Notes: generated by a model not told the origin, from the sequence alone. 64,000 nt of DNA from an uncultured Candidatus Saccharibacteria bacterium (GCA_964426735.1 CAYRRP010000003.1:77378-141377), one strand, 5' to 3'; positions 26,808 to 36,153 are shown, counted from the stretch's first letter. Made by a program: numbers and translations.

Positions 26808-27878
26808 ATGGCTAAAAAAGATTACACAAACATTGTAGTGCACAAACTCCCCCAACAAGAAGTAGAAATTACTGGTGAAATTACTGTAGAAAAAATGGAT
26901 TCGATGCGAAAAAAAGCAATCGAATCACTTAAGAAAGAAATCACTCTTCCTGGATTTCGAAAAGGTACTGCACCTGAAAACCTTGTAATACAGCAGATTG
27001 GTGAAGTGAAAATACTTGAGGAAGCAGGAGAGCTTGCACTCGGTGAAGTATATCCTGATATTCTCGAAGATGAGAAACTTGATCCTCTTGGTAAACCAGA
27101 GGTAACTATCACGAAGATTGGTGTTGGTAGTGCCCTTGGTTTTAAGATCAAAACAGCACTGATGCCTGAAGTGAAAATCGGTAATTATAAAAAAATCGCC
27201 CAGAAAGTCTATGCAAAAGAAGTAGCTGTAGAAGTCACAGATAAAGATATTGAGGACGTCATCCTCAATCTTCGAAAAAATGTTGCTCATGCAAAACTCC
27301 ATGAAGAAGGTGGATATGATGAACACGATCACTCTCACGGAGAAATCAAAGATGAAGATTTACCAGAAGTAAATGATGATTTCTTAAAACAGATTGGTGA
27401 GTTTGCATCAGTTGAAGATTTAAAAGAAAAAATAAAAGAAAATCTCCTTAAAGAAAAAACTTTTAAAGCAAAAGATAAAAAACGAACAGAAACACTTGAA
27501 GAAATTATTAATGCATCAACAATTGAAATTCCCCAGATCTTGATTGATGGAGAGCTTGATCGAATGAAAGCTCAGTTTGAGGATGATTTGGCACAATCAG
27601 GTATTACACTTACAAACTACCTCTCATACGCAAAGAAAACAGAGGACGACCTCAAGGCTGATTGGAAAGATACGGCAATCAAACGAGCAAAATCTCAAAT
27701 CATTCTTAATACTATTGCAAAAGAAGAGAGCATCACACCTGACGAAGCGATGATAAAAACGGAAATGGAAAAAATCCTCGCACACCACAAAGATGCAGAA
27801 CGTTTCCGTGTACGAATGTATGTGGAAACATTTCTCACCAATGATTTGGTGTTTAAGTTTCTTGAGGAGCAGAAATAG
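26808..27878 (+). CDS. tig: Trigger factor
   Basis: 356 aa; the ribosome-binding signature LPGFRKGTAPENLV (GFRxGxxP) and an acidic C-terminal chaperone arm. Confidence 0.85.
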   Translation: MAKKDYTNIVVHKLPQQEVEITGEITVEKMDSMRKKAIESLKKEITLPGFRKGTAPENLVIQQIGEVKILEEAGELALGEVYPDILEDEKLDPLGKPEVTITKIGVGSALGFKIKTALMPEVKIGNYKKIAQKVYAKEVAVEVTDKDIEDVILNLRKNVAHAKLHEEGGYDEHDHSHGEIKDEDLPEVNDDFLKQIGEFASVEDLKEKIKENLLKEKTFKAKDKKRTETLEEIINASTIEIPQILIDGELDRMKAQFEDDLAQSGITLTNYLSYAKKTEDDLKADWKDTAIKRAKSQIILNTIAKEESITPDEAMIKTEMEKILAHHKDAERFRVRMYVETFLTNDLVFKFLEEQK

Positions 27879-28091
27879 TTGACGAAAAAGTAAGAGTATC
27901 TTATTCTTAGTTTAGACTTGCTCCCGCAGAGTAAGACCGCTTGATTCAGGAGGTGAAGAGGAAGAGACGCAAAAATAGCGAGCCCCTATTGGACGTGGGG
28001 GTGAAAAAGCGAAGGATGTTATGAACCCTTCGCTTTTTATATTGACTTATTTTTACCACTCGAGTAACCCTGGAGCTTACTACCTTTTATA

Positions 28092-28799
28092 TTACATTCC
28101 CAAAAGCACAGCTCCAGCGATTGCTGCTGTCTCTGCTCGCAAAATACGAGGTCCAAGTGCAAACCCTGCAACATTGTATTGTCTAAAGAGTGCGATTTCT
28201 TCATCACTAAAACCTCCTTCTGGACCAATAAAATAAGCAAATGAATACTGGTTTGTGTGTGCAGATAGATATTGCTGTATCGGAGGAAACTCGGGATGAA
28301 AAAATATTTTTTCTTGAGGAAGCACACCACGTTCAAACAGTTTTGGTAGTGTAGTCAGTTCATGTACTGTGAGCAATTCCCCTCTTCCCGACTGTTCTGT
28401 TGCCTCTTGAACAATCTTTTGCAATCGCTCCATATTGAGTTTTTTCTTTTCACTTCGTTCACCAACAATAGGAACAATATGACTCACACCGAGCTCCACT
28501 GCTTTTTGTACCACCAATTCAACATTATCTTTTTTAATAAGCGAAAGGCATAGCCAAATATTTTTTATAGGCGCTGCGATTTCTTTTGTTTCAAGGATTG
28601 AAAGTTCTGCTTCAGACGGAGAAACTTTTGCAATCACTGCTCGACACTCAATACCTGAACCATCAAATACAATCACCTGACTTCCTACATTATATCGAAA
28701 GACCTTTCGCCATTGGTGAATCAGGTCTCTGTTAGAGATATGTATACTTTTTTCCTTTTCAACTATTTTTTCAGTTATATAAAATCGATGGAGTCTCAT
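28092..28799 (-). CDS. rsmE: 16S rRNA (uracil1498-N3)-methyltransferase RsmE
   Basis: MRLHRFYITE... then GPEGGFSDEEIALF...LGPRILRAETAAIAG (RsmE C-terminal signature). Start placed at the internal ATG at 28799; the ORF-track start at 28889 lies upstream. Confidence 0.8.
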   Translation of the reverse strand: MRLHRFYITEKIVEKEKSIHISNRDLIHQWRKVFRYNVGSQVIVFDGSGIECRAVIAKVSPSEAELSILETKEIAAPIKNIWLCLSLIKKDNVELVVQKAVELGVSHIVPIVGERSEKKKLNMERLQKIVQEATEQSGRGELLTVHELTTLPKLFERGVLPQEKIFFHPEFPPIQQYLSAHTNQYSFAYFIGPEGGFSDEEIALFRQYNVAGFALGPRILRAETAAIAGAVLLGM

Positions 28800-28899
28800 A
28801 TACCAATATTGTGCAACAAAGAGTGTAAAAATGAAAGGTCTAGCATAATTCGTTTCTTTTGCTATAATAGTTAACACATTAACAATCAATATTGAATAT

Positions 28900-29475
28900 A
28901 TGAGCTATTTAGTACCAACAGTAATTGAAAAAACAAACATGGGTGAGCGAGCATACGATATCTACTCTCGCCTACTCAAAGACAATATTATCTTTTTAGG
29001 TGGGCCGATTGACGACACCGTTGCAAACCTCGTCATTGCCCAGCTTCTTTTCCTCCAGTCTGAGGATCCAAAAAAGGATATCTCTATTTATATCAACTCA
29101 CCAGGAGGGTCCGCTTCTGCTACGTTGGCGATGATTGACACAATGAATCATATTAAAAATGATGTTTCTACTGTATGTATCGGTATGGCCGCTTCAGGTG
29201 GTGCATGGATGCTCTCTGCAGGGACAAAAGGTAAACGTTTTGCACTTCCTAATGCTGAGATTATGATTCACCAGCCACTCGGAGGTGCTGAGGGTCAGGC
29301 TACCGATATTGAGATTCGAGCAAAACAAATCCTCAAACTCCGTGAAAACCTCACAAAAATCATGGCAAAAAATACTGGTCAAACTGTAGCAAAAGTGGCT
29401 CAAGACATTGACCGTGACTTCTGGATGAATTCTGAAGAAGCCAAAAAATACGGAATTATTGACAAAGTGTTGTAA
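28900..29475 (+). CDS. clpP: ATP-dependent Clp protease proteolytic subunit
   Basis: 191 aa; [14 protein letters not shown] (catalytic Ser) and IMIHQPLGG (His). Confidence 0.95.
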   Translation: MSYLVPTVIEKTNMGERAYDIYSRLLKDNIIFLGGPIDDTVANLVIAQLLFLQSEDPKKDISIYINSPGGSASATLAMIDTMNHIKNDVSTVCIGMAASGGAWMLSAGTKGKRFALPNAEIMIHQPLGGAEGQATDIEIRAKQILKLRENLTKIMAKNTGQTVAKVAQDIDRDFWMNSEEAKKYGIIDKVL

Positions 29476-29507
29476 TAAAATATAGTAATTACAGAAAGGG
29501 CATTTAT

Positions 29508-29717
29508 ATGGTAATCATCGTAGTTGTAGGTCATTTGGGTGAAGAAAAATTGTTCTACGCCAAAACAACAGAAGAGGCGGAAAACACTTTACTCTTAAAA
29601 GGTTTTACGCTCTCAACAAAAAATGAGTCGGTTTTTTGGGAAGACACCTATCGTGGATGCCGAGCGAAAATCAAAAGACCTGAGGCATCTATCCCGCACA
29701 TCTCGGATCTTTGTTAA
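29508..29717 (+). CDS. Possible small protein (69 aa) between clpP and a strong terminator
   Basis: RBS-like GAAAGGG 6 nt upstream; no homology recognisable. Could be non-coding. Confidence 0.25.
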   Translation: MVIIVVVGHLGEEKLFYAKTTEEAENTLLLKGFTLSTKNESVFWEDTYRGCRAKIKRPEASIPHISDLC

Positions 29718-29750
29718 ACCACCACCGAATACCACGGGTGGTGGTTTTTC
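29717..29750 (+). terminator. Intrinsic terminator
   Basis: ACCACCACCG-AATACCA-CGGGTGGTGGT followed by TTTTTC. Confidence 0.7.
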
Positions 29751-29927
29751 GGTTAAATTAGACAAAGTTAAGTAATTAATGTATCGTGTAAGTATTACCC
29801 ATTTAAATTTGTGTAACTGACTGCTCCACCACTACTGCCCTGACCGACAACCAGCAATTCCCCCTTGTACTGACACCATAAAACTTTTTTAGGCTTCCGT
29901 GTAAGGCAGTAAGTTACTGCGTATAAT

Positions 29928-31457
29928 ATGTCATTAAAAATAGTAGCAGCCCTTTTGGCTGGAGCATCCGTCATCGGACTTGCTTTAGGTTATTACCTAC
30001 GACTGATCATTTCTCTCGGAAAACGTGGCTCTATGGAGCTTGAGCTCAAACAAATGGAGCTTGCCGCAAAAGACCGTGAAAAAGAAATCATCGAAGGTGC
30101 AGAACAAAAAGCAGAAAAAATCCTTGAAGAAGCTCGAAGTGAAATAAAAGAGAAAGAAGAAAAAGCAAAGAAAACAGAGGAGCGTTTGATCAAAAAAGAA
30201 GAAATGCTCGACAAACGGCAGATCGATATCGACTCTGAAGTTGATATGATTAAGGAAAAGATTGCTGAAGTGAAAGAAGTGCGAGATAAGGCGGATAAAC
30301 TTAAAGAGGAACGCCAAAAAGAACTCGAGCGTGTCAGCAGACTTACTCCAGAGGAAGCAAAGAAGGAAATTCTTGAAAATACCGAACGTACATATGAGGC
30401 GGATATTTTGGCGCGTATGCAAAAGCTCGAACGCAATGGTGAGGAGCAACTTTTGAAGAAGGCTCAGGATATTCTCGCTACATCGATTCAACGTCTTGCA
30501 AACTCAGTAACCGCAGACATGCTCACTACAAACGTACCGATTCCTTCAGATGAAATCAAAGGAAAGATCATCGGTAAAGAGGGGCGAAATATCAAAGCGT
30601 TTGAACGTATGAGCGGTGTGGAAATTATCGTAGATGACACCCCAGGCTCTATTACCATCTCATCATTTGACCCTGTACGCCGACAAGTTGCGAAAGTAGC
30701 TTTGGAAAAACTCATCGCCGATGGACGTATTCAACCTGCAAAAATCGAGGAGATGATCCAAAAAGCTCAAGAAGATATCAATAAAATGATAAAAGAAAAA
30801 GGTGAAGAAGCGGTGTATGAGTGTGGAATTTTGAACCTTGATCCAAAAGTTGTTGCTATTCTTGGTCGTCTCCACTATAGAACAAGCTACGGACAAAACG
30901 TCCTTGCTCACTCAGTAGAGATGGCACATATTGCAGGAATGCTTGCAGAAGAGCTCGGTGCAAATGTACAAGTAGCGAAAGCTGGTGCACTCCTCCATGA
31001 CCTCGGAAAAGCACTCGACCACGAAGTAGCAGGAACTCATGTAGAAATCGGACGCCGAATCTTGCAGAAATTCAATGTTGATGAAGCGGTAATCAAGGCA
31101 ATGCAGGCACACCATGAAGAATACCCATATGAAACTATCGAATCTATTATCGTGCAGTGTGCTGACGCTATTTCAGGAAGCCGTCCTGGTGCTCGCCGAG
31201 ACTCAGTAGAAAACTACTTGAAACGACTCGCAGACCTCGAAGGTGTCGCAACATCATTTAAAGGTGTTGAGAAAGCATATGCACTTCAGGCAGGACGAGA
31301 AATCAGAATCTTTGTGACTCCACAAGAAGTGACTGACTTGGAAGCAAAGAAAATGGCTCGTGATATAGCGACTCGTATTGAAAATGAATTGAAATACCCA
31401 GGAGAAATAAAAGTAAACGTAATTCGCGAAAGCAGAACGATTGAATACGCCCGATAA
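29928..31457 (+). CDS. rny: Ribonuclease Y
   Basis: 509 aa; N-terminal TM helix, a long charged coiled-coil, KH domain (GKIIGKEGRNIKAFE) and HD domain (LLHDLGKA...H). Confidence 0.9.
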   Translation: MSLKIVAALLAGASVIGLALGYYLRLIISLGKRGSMELELKQMELAAKDREKEIIEGAEQKAEKILEEARSEIKEKEEKAKKTEERLIKKEEMLDKRQIDIDSEVDMIKEKIAEVKEVRDKADKLKEERQKELERVSRLTPEEAKKEILENTERTYEADILARMQKLERNGEEQLLKKAQDILATSIQRLANSVTADMLTTNVPIPSDEIKGKIIGKEGRNIKAFERMSGVEIIVDDTPGSITISSFDPVRRQVAKVALEKLIADGRIQPAKIEEMIQKAQEDINKMIKEKGEEAVYECGILNLDPKVVAILGRLHYRTSYGQNVLAHSVEMAHIAGMLAEELGANVQVAKAGALLHDLGKALDHEVAGTHVEIGRRILQKFNVDEAVIKAMQAHHEEYPYETIESIIVQCADAISGSRPGARRDSVENYLKRLADLEGVATSFKGVEKAYALQAGREIRIFVTPQEVTDLEAKKMARDIATRIENELKYPGEIKVNVIRESRTIEYAR

Positions 31458-31493
31458 TAGTTAACAGTAGACAGTCAATAGTCTTTAGTAAAA

Positions 31494-31522
31494 ACAAAAA
31501 ATCACCTTTCGGTGATTTTTTG
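31494..31522 (+). terminator. Intrinsic terminator after rny
   Basis: AAAAAATCACC-TTTC-GGTGATTTTTT. Confidence 0.65.
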
Positions 31523-31669
31523 TTAATAACTTCGACTGTCTACTCATGACTTATGACTACACACTTCCTTGTCCGTCAACCCCTTGCACTCGAAAACCCT
31601 TGGTATATAATAGCTATATAGTAGATAGGGTGAGTCTTGAAAGATTACAAATTTAGTTTTACAACATCC

Positions 31670-31942
31670 ATGAATAAAGCATCATTGGTAGACGCAGTAT
31701 ATGCAGAGCTCGGTGGTACAAAAGTACAGGCTGAGAAAGTGGTTGATATTATTATCGACAACATTGTTGCTACTTTGAAAAAAGGTGGTGAAGTGTCTAT
31801 CGCGGGTCTTGGTATCTTTTCAACAAAAACTCGAGCGGCTCGACAGGCTCGAAACCCACGAACAGGTGAATCAATCTCTGTTCCTGCAATGAAAGTTCCT
31901 AAATTCCGCGCAGCTAAGGGTCTTAAGGACGCCGTAAAATAA
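31670..31942 (+). CDS. hup: DNA-binding protein HU
   Basis: MNKASLVDAVYAELGGTKVQAEKVVDIIIDNIVATLKKGGEVSIAGLGIFSTKTRAARQARNPRTGESI matches the HU/IHF family. Start moved to the internal ATG at 31670. Confidence 0.85.
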   Translation: MNKASLVDAVYAELGGTKVQAEKVVDIIIDNIVATLKKGGEVSIAGLGIFSTKTRAARQARNPRTGESISVPAMKVPKFRAAKGLKDAVK

Positions 31943-32093
31943 TAAAATCCATATTTGGTGAATTTCTTTGTTGCTTCACCTTTTTCTCTCCCGCGCAGTA
32001 CTCTTGTACAACTTGGTCAAGAAAAAGGTTTGTGCCTCAAACTTCACTCAAATCTGAAATTTTCTTACGTTTTATTCTCTAGAGAATATCAAA

Positions 32094-32119
32094 AAACACT
32101 CCAACCGGGGTGTTTTTTG
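32094..32119 (+). terminator. Intrinsic terminator after hup
   Basis: CACTCC-AACC-GGGGTG (with one G.U pair) followed by TTTTTT. Confidence 0.5.
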
Positions 32120-32124
32120 ATTAC

Positions 32125-32158
32125 AAAAAGCCCACCAACATGGCTCTTTGTTGGTGGG
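32125..32158 (-). terminator. Intrinsic terminator for the minus-strand gene 32159-32512
   Basis: On the minus strand, AACCCACCAACA-AAGAGCCA-TGTTGGTGGG followed by CTTTTT. Confidence 0.5.
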
Positions 32159-32512
32159 TTATACATTGTAATGTGCCCTGATGTCTGCGACTACTGTGTC
32201 TATGTACGACACTGGGTAATCCTGTCTGGTATTAACACAATAGACATACTCGACCACCAAAAACCACTGCCCTAGTTTTTTCTCAAGCGTGACCATGCAC
32301 AAACAGGTTGTTTTCCCATAGAGATACAGGGGAAATTTTTCACCTCTGTAAATACTCACGCCTCGCATGCCGCGCTGCGTCCAAAAATCATTCTCAAGAT
32401 CAAAAATGCAAAGCTCTTCATGGAGTTCGGATAGAGTATCATGGACAAAATTATTTTCTTCATGATTCTCTTTCCACCACGCCTCAATCCATTGCAATAT
32501 TCTGGACATCAA
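32159..32512 (-). CDS. Hypothetical protein (117 aa, Trp-rich N-terminus)
   Basis: Has its own terminator and no shadow-ORF pattern; no recognisable domain. The overlapping plus-strand ORF 31955-32275 is judged spurious. Confidence 0.45.
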   Translation of the reverse strand: MMSRILQWIEAWWKENHEENNFVHDTLSELHEELCIFDLENDFWTQRGMRGVSIYRGEKFPLYLYGKTTCLCMVTLEKKLGQWFLVVEYVYCVNTRQDYPVSYIDTVVADIRAHYNV

Positions 32513-32545
32513 TCCTCCTTCTTCCAGACTACCATAGGTAAAAAA

Positions 32546-33094
32546 CTAATCAATAGAACTATTCAATATTTTCAAAAATAACTCATCCCCCTCAGATTCC
32601 TCAACAAAATTCTCCGGATGAAATTGAAAACCATATAGAGGTAAATTTTTATGTTTAATAATTTCAGGACCATCATTTGATATACCCAATACATCAAAAG
32701 TCTCTGGCAACATATCTACTACCCATCGATGACTCTCAAATACCCGTACTATCCCCTCTCCCAAACTTTTATCTAAAAGTCGAACTTCATACATTCCCTT
32801 TTTGTCCTGTGATAGTTCCTTTAGAGTACCTCCAAACGCAGTAACGATAAGTTCATACCCAAAACAAATCCCAATGACCGGAATTTTTGCATTTTTAATA
32901 AAATCTATTTCTTTTTTAAATATGTCCTCATTACCCACCAATTGATATTTACTTCCTCCCGACAAAATAACCACATCAAAATCTGTCGTATCTGTATCAA
33001 AATCAGCAAAAGAATGCACTATTTCTTTTCCAGGAATAAGTACTTTAAGTTTATTTAAAAGGGTTGTTCCATTGTCGATAAGTAAAATTTTCAT
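32546..33094 (-). CDS. Class I glutamine amidotransferase-like protein
   Basis: 182 aa; PVIGICFGYELI (nucleophile-elbow Cys) and FQFHPE (catalytic His/Glu). Confidence 0.75.
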   Translation of the reverse strand: MKILLIDNGTTLLNKLKVLIPGKEIVHSFADFDTDTTDFDVVILSGGSKYQLVGNEDIFKKEIDFIKNAKIPVIGICFGYELIVTAFGGTLKELSQDKKGMYEVRLLDKSLGEGIVRVFESHRWVVDMLPETFDVLGISNDGPEIIKHKNLPLYGFQFHPENFVEESEGDELFLKILNSSID

Positions 33095-33143
33095 GTGGTA
33101 AGTATACCAAATTATTTAGCCAAATTAGTAGGAAGAAAGTTAG

Positions 33144-33291
33144 AAATTTCCACTGGTGCGGGTGGGGAGAATCGGTCACGAGTAATTCTGGTTCCGTCGA
33201 ACCAGAATTCTCTCGACCCCGACTCGCGACCCACTCTGGTGAGCGGGTGCCCCCGCTCCGTCTTTCGATTCCCCATGCAAAGCTCTGCTTT
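33144..33291 (-). ncRNA. GC-rich structured RNA-like element (el2) directly downstream of tRNA-Gly(TCC); it shares that tRNA's 5' 7 nt and 3' 18 nt and has an encoded CCA
   Basis: Minus-strand read: GCGGGTGAG-[GCAAAGC-AGA-GCTTTGC]-ATGG-GGAATCGAAAG-[ACCCGCTC-ACCA-GAGTGGGT]-...-[AATTCTGGTTC-GACG-GAACCAGAATT]-ACTCGTGACCGATTCTCCCCACCCGCA-CCA. ~60% GC. Two homologous copies sit at 37149-37496. Confidence 0.5.
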
Positions 33292-33336
33292 GCTCACCCG
33301 CACACATATCAAAAAACCGGCATAAAACCGGTTTTT
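33292..33336. terminator. 45-nt perfect palindromic hairpin (19-bp stem, loop TTTTATG) between tRNA-Gly(TCC) and el2; candidate bidirectional terminator or processing site
   Basis: ACACATATCAAAAAACCGG-CATAAAA-CCGGTTTTTTGATATGTGT. The outer base pair includes the tRNA discriminator position. Confidence 0.55.
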
Positions 33337-33406
33337 TGATATGTGTGCGGGTGGGGAGAATCGAACTCCCGTATACTGCTTGGAAGGCAGTCATTCTACC
33401 ACTAAA
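33336..33406 (-). tRNA. tRNA-Gly (anticodon UCC)
   Basis: GCGGGTG-TA-ATTTAGTGGTAGAAT-G-ACTGC-CTTCCAA-GCAGT-ATAC-GGGAG-TTCGATT-CTCCC-CACCCGC-A. 71 nt, CCA not encoded; same architecture as Bacillus tRNA-Gly(UCC). Confidence 0.9.
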
Positions 33407-33479
33407 TTACACCCGCGATTGAAATACTCTAGCAGAAAAACAAGTATTCGGCAATTAAAAATGTTATATACTTATACGT

Positions 33480-34607
33480 ATGCTCAGACATCTTTTTACA
33501 AAAATCATTCTTTTCCTTAGCCTGTCTTTCTTTATACACCCCAACCCGGTAGTTATTTCAAACATGCCCACACTTCCCCATTCCACAACCACATCAGAAG
33601 CGAAAGCAACTTCCACTCAATCTGCGATCACATCAACGCCGTCAACACCAAAAAAAGAAACAACAAAGCCAACTGGTACAAAAAATACCTCAAAAGTCAG
33701 CGAAACACAGTCTGTAGCATCATCCACTACTCCCGTAGTAGTCCCAGAACCAACTATTCCCTTTGAGACAATCAACGAAAATGCTCGTAAAGCAGTGGTA
33801 AATATTTTATGTACTGTACAAAACTCTAGCTCACTTTCGACGATTACTGGAAGCGGTATTGTTTTAAGTAGTGATGGTTTGATTTTGACCAACGCTCATG
33901 TAGCACAATATTTCCTCTTTAAAAACTTTAACAATCAAAAAGATTTTATCTCATGCGTAATCCGTACTGGAAACCCTGCCTACCCTACGTATACCGCAGA
34001 GCTCGCATACATTTCTCCACAATGGATAGCGGAACACAAAGGCGATATTGTCCTTGAGAGTCCAAAAGGTACCGGTGAATATGATTATGCTTTTTTACGT
34101 ATTACCGGAAAAACAGATGGCACTATAGCACCCACAACACTTCCGTTTATTCCCATAAATCTGATTGAATTTACAGAAATAGGTACACCAGCAGTACTCG
34201 TCTCATATCCTGCTGGTTTTCTCGGAGGGCAAAGTATTATTCAAAATCTGTATCAAAGTAGTGCAGTGATCAATGTTACTGATCGATTTACATTTGGTGA
34301 GAATACTGTAGACCGACTGTCTCTCGGAGGAAGTGTGGTGGCACAAAAAGGCTCTTCAGGAGGAGCTGTGGTAGATAGCAGAGGTACCCTCATTGGATTG
34401 ATTTCTATTAGCTCAGACGGAAATACCACGGGAGAACGAGACCTTAGTGCCATTACCCTCTCCTACATCAACCGCGATCTTATTAAAAATGCAAACACTA
34501 CTATTTCCTCTATCGCTTCGAATAGCGCTGTCTTTGCCGCAACATTTAATGAAAAATTAGCTCCTGGACTGACTAAAGCATTGAGTGATGTGATTTTGAA
34601 GAAATAA
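33480..34607 (+). CDS. Secreted trypsin-like serine protease (S1C/HtrA-like catalytic domain, no obvious PDZ)
   Basis: 375 aa; signal peptide, a Thr/Ser-rich linker, then GSGIVLSSDGLILTNAHV (His region) and GSSGGAVVDSRGTLIGLIS (GxSGG catalytic Ser). Confidence 0.7.
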   Translation: MLRHLFTKIILFLSLSFFIHPNPVVISNMPTLPHSTTTSEAKATSTQSAITSTPSTPKKETTKPTGTKNTSKVSETQSVASSTTPVVVPEPTIPFETINENARKAVVNILCTVQNSSSLSTITGSGIVLSSDGLILTNAHVAQYFLFKNFNNQKDFISCVIRTGNPAYPTYTAELAYISPQWIAEHKGDIVLESPKGTGEYDYAFLRITGKTDGTIAPTTLPFIPINLIEFTEIGTPAVLVSYPAGFLGGQSIIQNLYQSSAVINVTDRFTFGENTVDRLSLGGSVVAQKGSSGGAVVDSRGTLIGLISISSDGNTTGERDLSAITLSYINRDLIKNANTTISSIASNSAVFAATFNEKLAPGLTKALSDVILKK

Positions 34608-34632
34608 AAGGTATTGTTACAATATACAGATT

Positions 34633-35145
34633 ATGAAAAAAATCTGGAACTCTTTTTGGAATTGGTACGATAGTCACCCAACACTCACCCTTGGTATAAC
34701 CCTCGGGCTCTTTAGTTTACAAATTATTCACCTGATTTGGCTCTTAACTAGTGTTATTTGGACTAAAGCATTTGGTCACGCACTCTTTGCACCACATGAA
34801 GCTTTTGAGCGCATTCTTGTTCTTGTAGATTATACTGAAATACCAGCACTCATCAGTGCCTCTCTTGTATATATTGACGATTTACGTAAAAAAATAAGCC
34901 CAAAAGCTATCATGTACCTCATCTTCCTCAACACTCAATGGCTTCACCTTTTCTGGATCACTGATGAATATGTAGTAAGTCAATTTACACAAACTGTTCT
35001 TATCCCCTCATGGCTCGCATGGATTGCTATTCTTATAGACTATCTCGAACTTCCAGTGATACTTGATACGCTCAAAAAATTTATTTCATCGCTTCATAAA
35101 GGAGAAGTGAAGCAGGCTTTCCAAGCTATTTCTGAACGAGACTAG
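34633..35145 (+). CDS. Hypothetical polytopic membrane protein
   Basis: 170 aa with 4-5 TM segments. Confidence 0.45.
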   Translation: MKKIWNSFWNWYDSHPTLTLGITLGLFSLQIIHLIWLLTSVIWTKAFGHALFAPHEAFERILVLVDYTEIPALISASLVYIDDLRKKISPKAIMYLIFLNTQWLHLFWITDEYVVSQFTQTVLIPSWLAWIAILIDYLELPVILDTLKKFISSLHKGEVKQAFQAISERD

Positions 35146-35202
35146 TTACCCTAAAACATTCTTCCTGAAGAATGTTCGGGCGAACATTTTAGTAAAAATG
35201 TT

Positions 35203-35520
35203 TTAGCCGGCTTTTTCAGCAGCAATTTGTAACACCATATCAAAATTATCTTCTTTTTGTGCTTTATTCGCTCGTGTAAAACCACACTTTTCACATACTT
35301 GAATAATATTGTATTCACTCCCCTTCTTTTGTATTTCCGTTGGACGCATCAGTCCTCCACATGTTTCCGCTCGATCACCTGGGTCAATATCAACATGTTT
35401 AGACCACAAACACTGTGGGCAATGATTCGTAAAACCATTCCCTACCACAGTTTCTCCGCAGTGTTCACAGACAAAATCTTCAATAGTTCGTTTGAACATA
35501 CACCATGTATAGTAACACAA
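35203..35520 (-). CDS. Cys-rich zinc-ribbon protein with an RNHCP-like motif
   Basis: 105 aa; CEHCGE...FTNHCPQC...CEKCGF gives three CxxC pairs, and RNHCP matches the Pfam RNHCP domain name motif. Confidence 0.45.
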   Translation of the reverse strand: MCYYTWCMFKRTIEDFVCEHCGETVVGNGFTNHCPQCLWSKHVDIDPGDRAETCGGLMRPTEIQKKGSEYNIIQVCEKCGFTRANKAQKEDNFDMVLQIAAEKAG

Positions 35521-35539
35521 TCAATCCAAAAAAAGCCCC

Positions 35540-36109
35540 TCACAAGGAGGGGACTTCTAGTGTCTGTACATCAAATGAAAGTGGATGTCCTGCAGGTGTA
35601 GAAAACACCGCACAGGGAACTGCCAGAAATTGATAGCTGCGCATTGGCGTGTAAACGGGGTCAGAATAAGCATGGTTAAATAAAACAACATAACGCACCT
35701 TTTCATAATCTACTTCCCTACCTACACCAACAGAAGATTGCATGAACTTTTTTTCCGCTTGATTAATCCATGTAGGAAAACTGATAGCAGTTCCTACATG
35801 AAAACCAATAACATCAAAAAGGAAGTATGGAACCGGATAGTTTGCTAAAAATGAGTCAAGTACATGATTTAGCATCCTTCCTTGAAACATCTCGACAGCA
35901 CGCTCTTTGGTGATAATTTTTGGACAATCTGATGTGAAGTATTCAGAAAAACCATTCTGATACAAACCTCTCAACAGTTTCACGTCACCCGAACACAAAA
36001 CAATCTTCAATGAACTCCTCGGTGGATCCTCTAAAACTTTTTTCCAATTTACATACATCATCACAACACCTCCTCGTCTAAATACTAAACTTATTGAATT
36101 AATTGTCAA
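35540..36109 (-). CDS. Hypothetical protein
   Basis: 189 aa; no confident domain; the start codon is uncertain (MMYVNW... internal starts are possible). Confidence 0.4.
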   Translation of the reverse strand: MTINSISLVFRRGGVVMMYVNWKKVLEDPPRSSLKIVLCSGDVKLLRGLYQNGFSEYFTSDCPKIITKERAVEMFQGRMLNHVLDSFLANYPVPYFLFDVIGFHVGTAISFPTWINQAEKKFMQSSVGVGREVDYEKVRYVVLFNHAYSDPVYTPMRSYQFLAVPCAVFSTPAGHPLSFDVQTLEVPSL

Positions 36110-36153
36110 AATTGTAATTTAGCACTTTTATGTTACACTAGTTGAGTATTATA

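Noticed and set aside
31955-32275. 106-aa plus-strand ORF overlapping the 3' end of the minus-strand gene 32159-32512
   Set aside because: It spans two intrinsic terminators (32094-32119 on plus, 32125-32158 on minus). It has no RBS and no homology. The convergent minus-strand ORF has its own terminator and is the better gene model.
33144-33291. el2 as a second intact tRNA gene or an intron-containing tRNA-Gly
   Set aside because: Only the acceptor strands and part of the T-loop match tRNA-Gly. There is no D-arm, no anticodon stem-loop, and the T-stem 5' strand (GTGAC) cannot pair with CTCCC. At 148 nt it is too short for a group I intron, and no exon-like anticodon arm is present.
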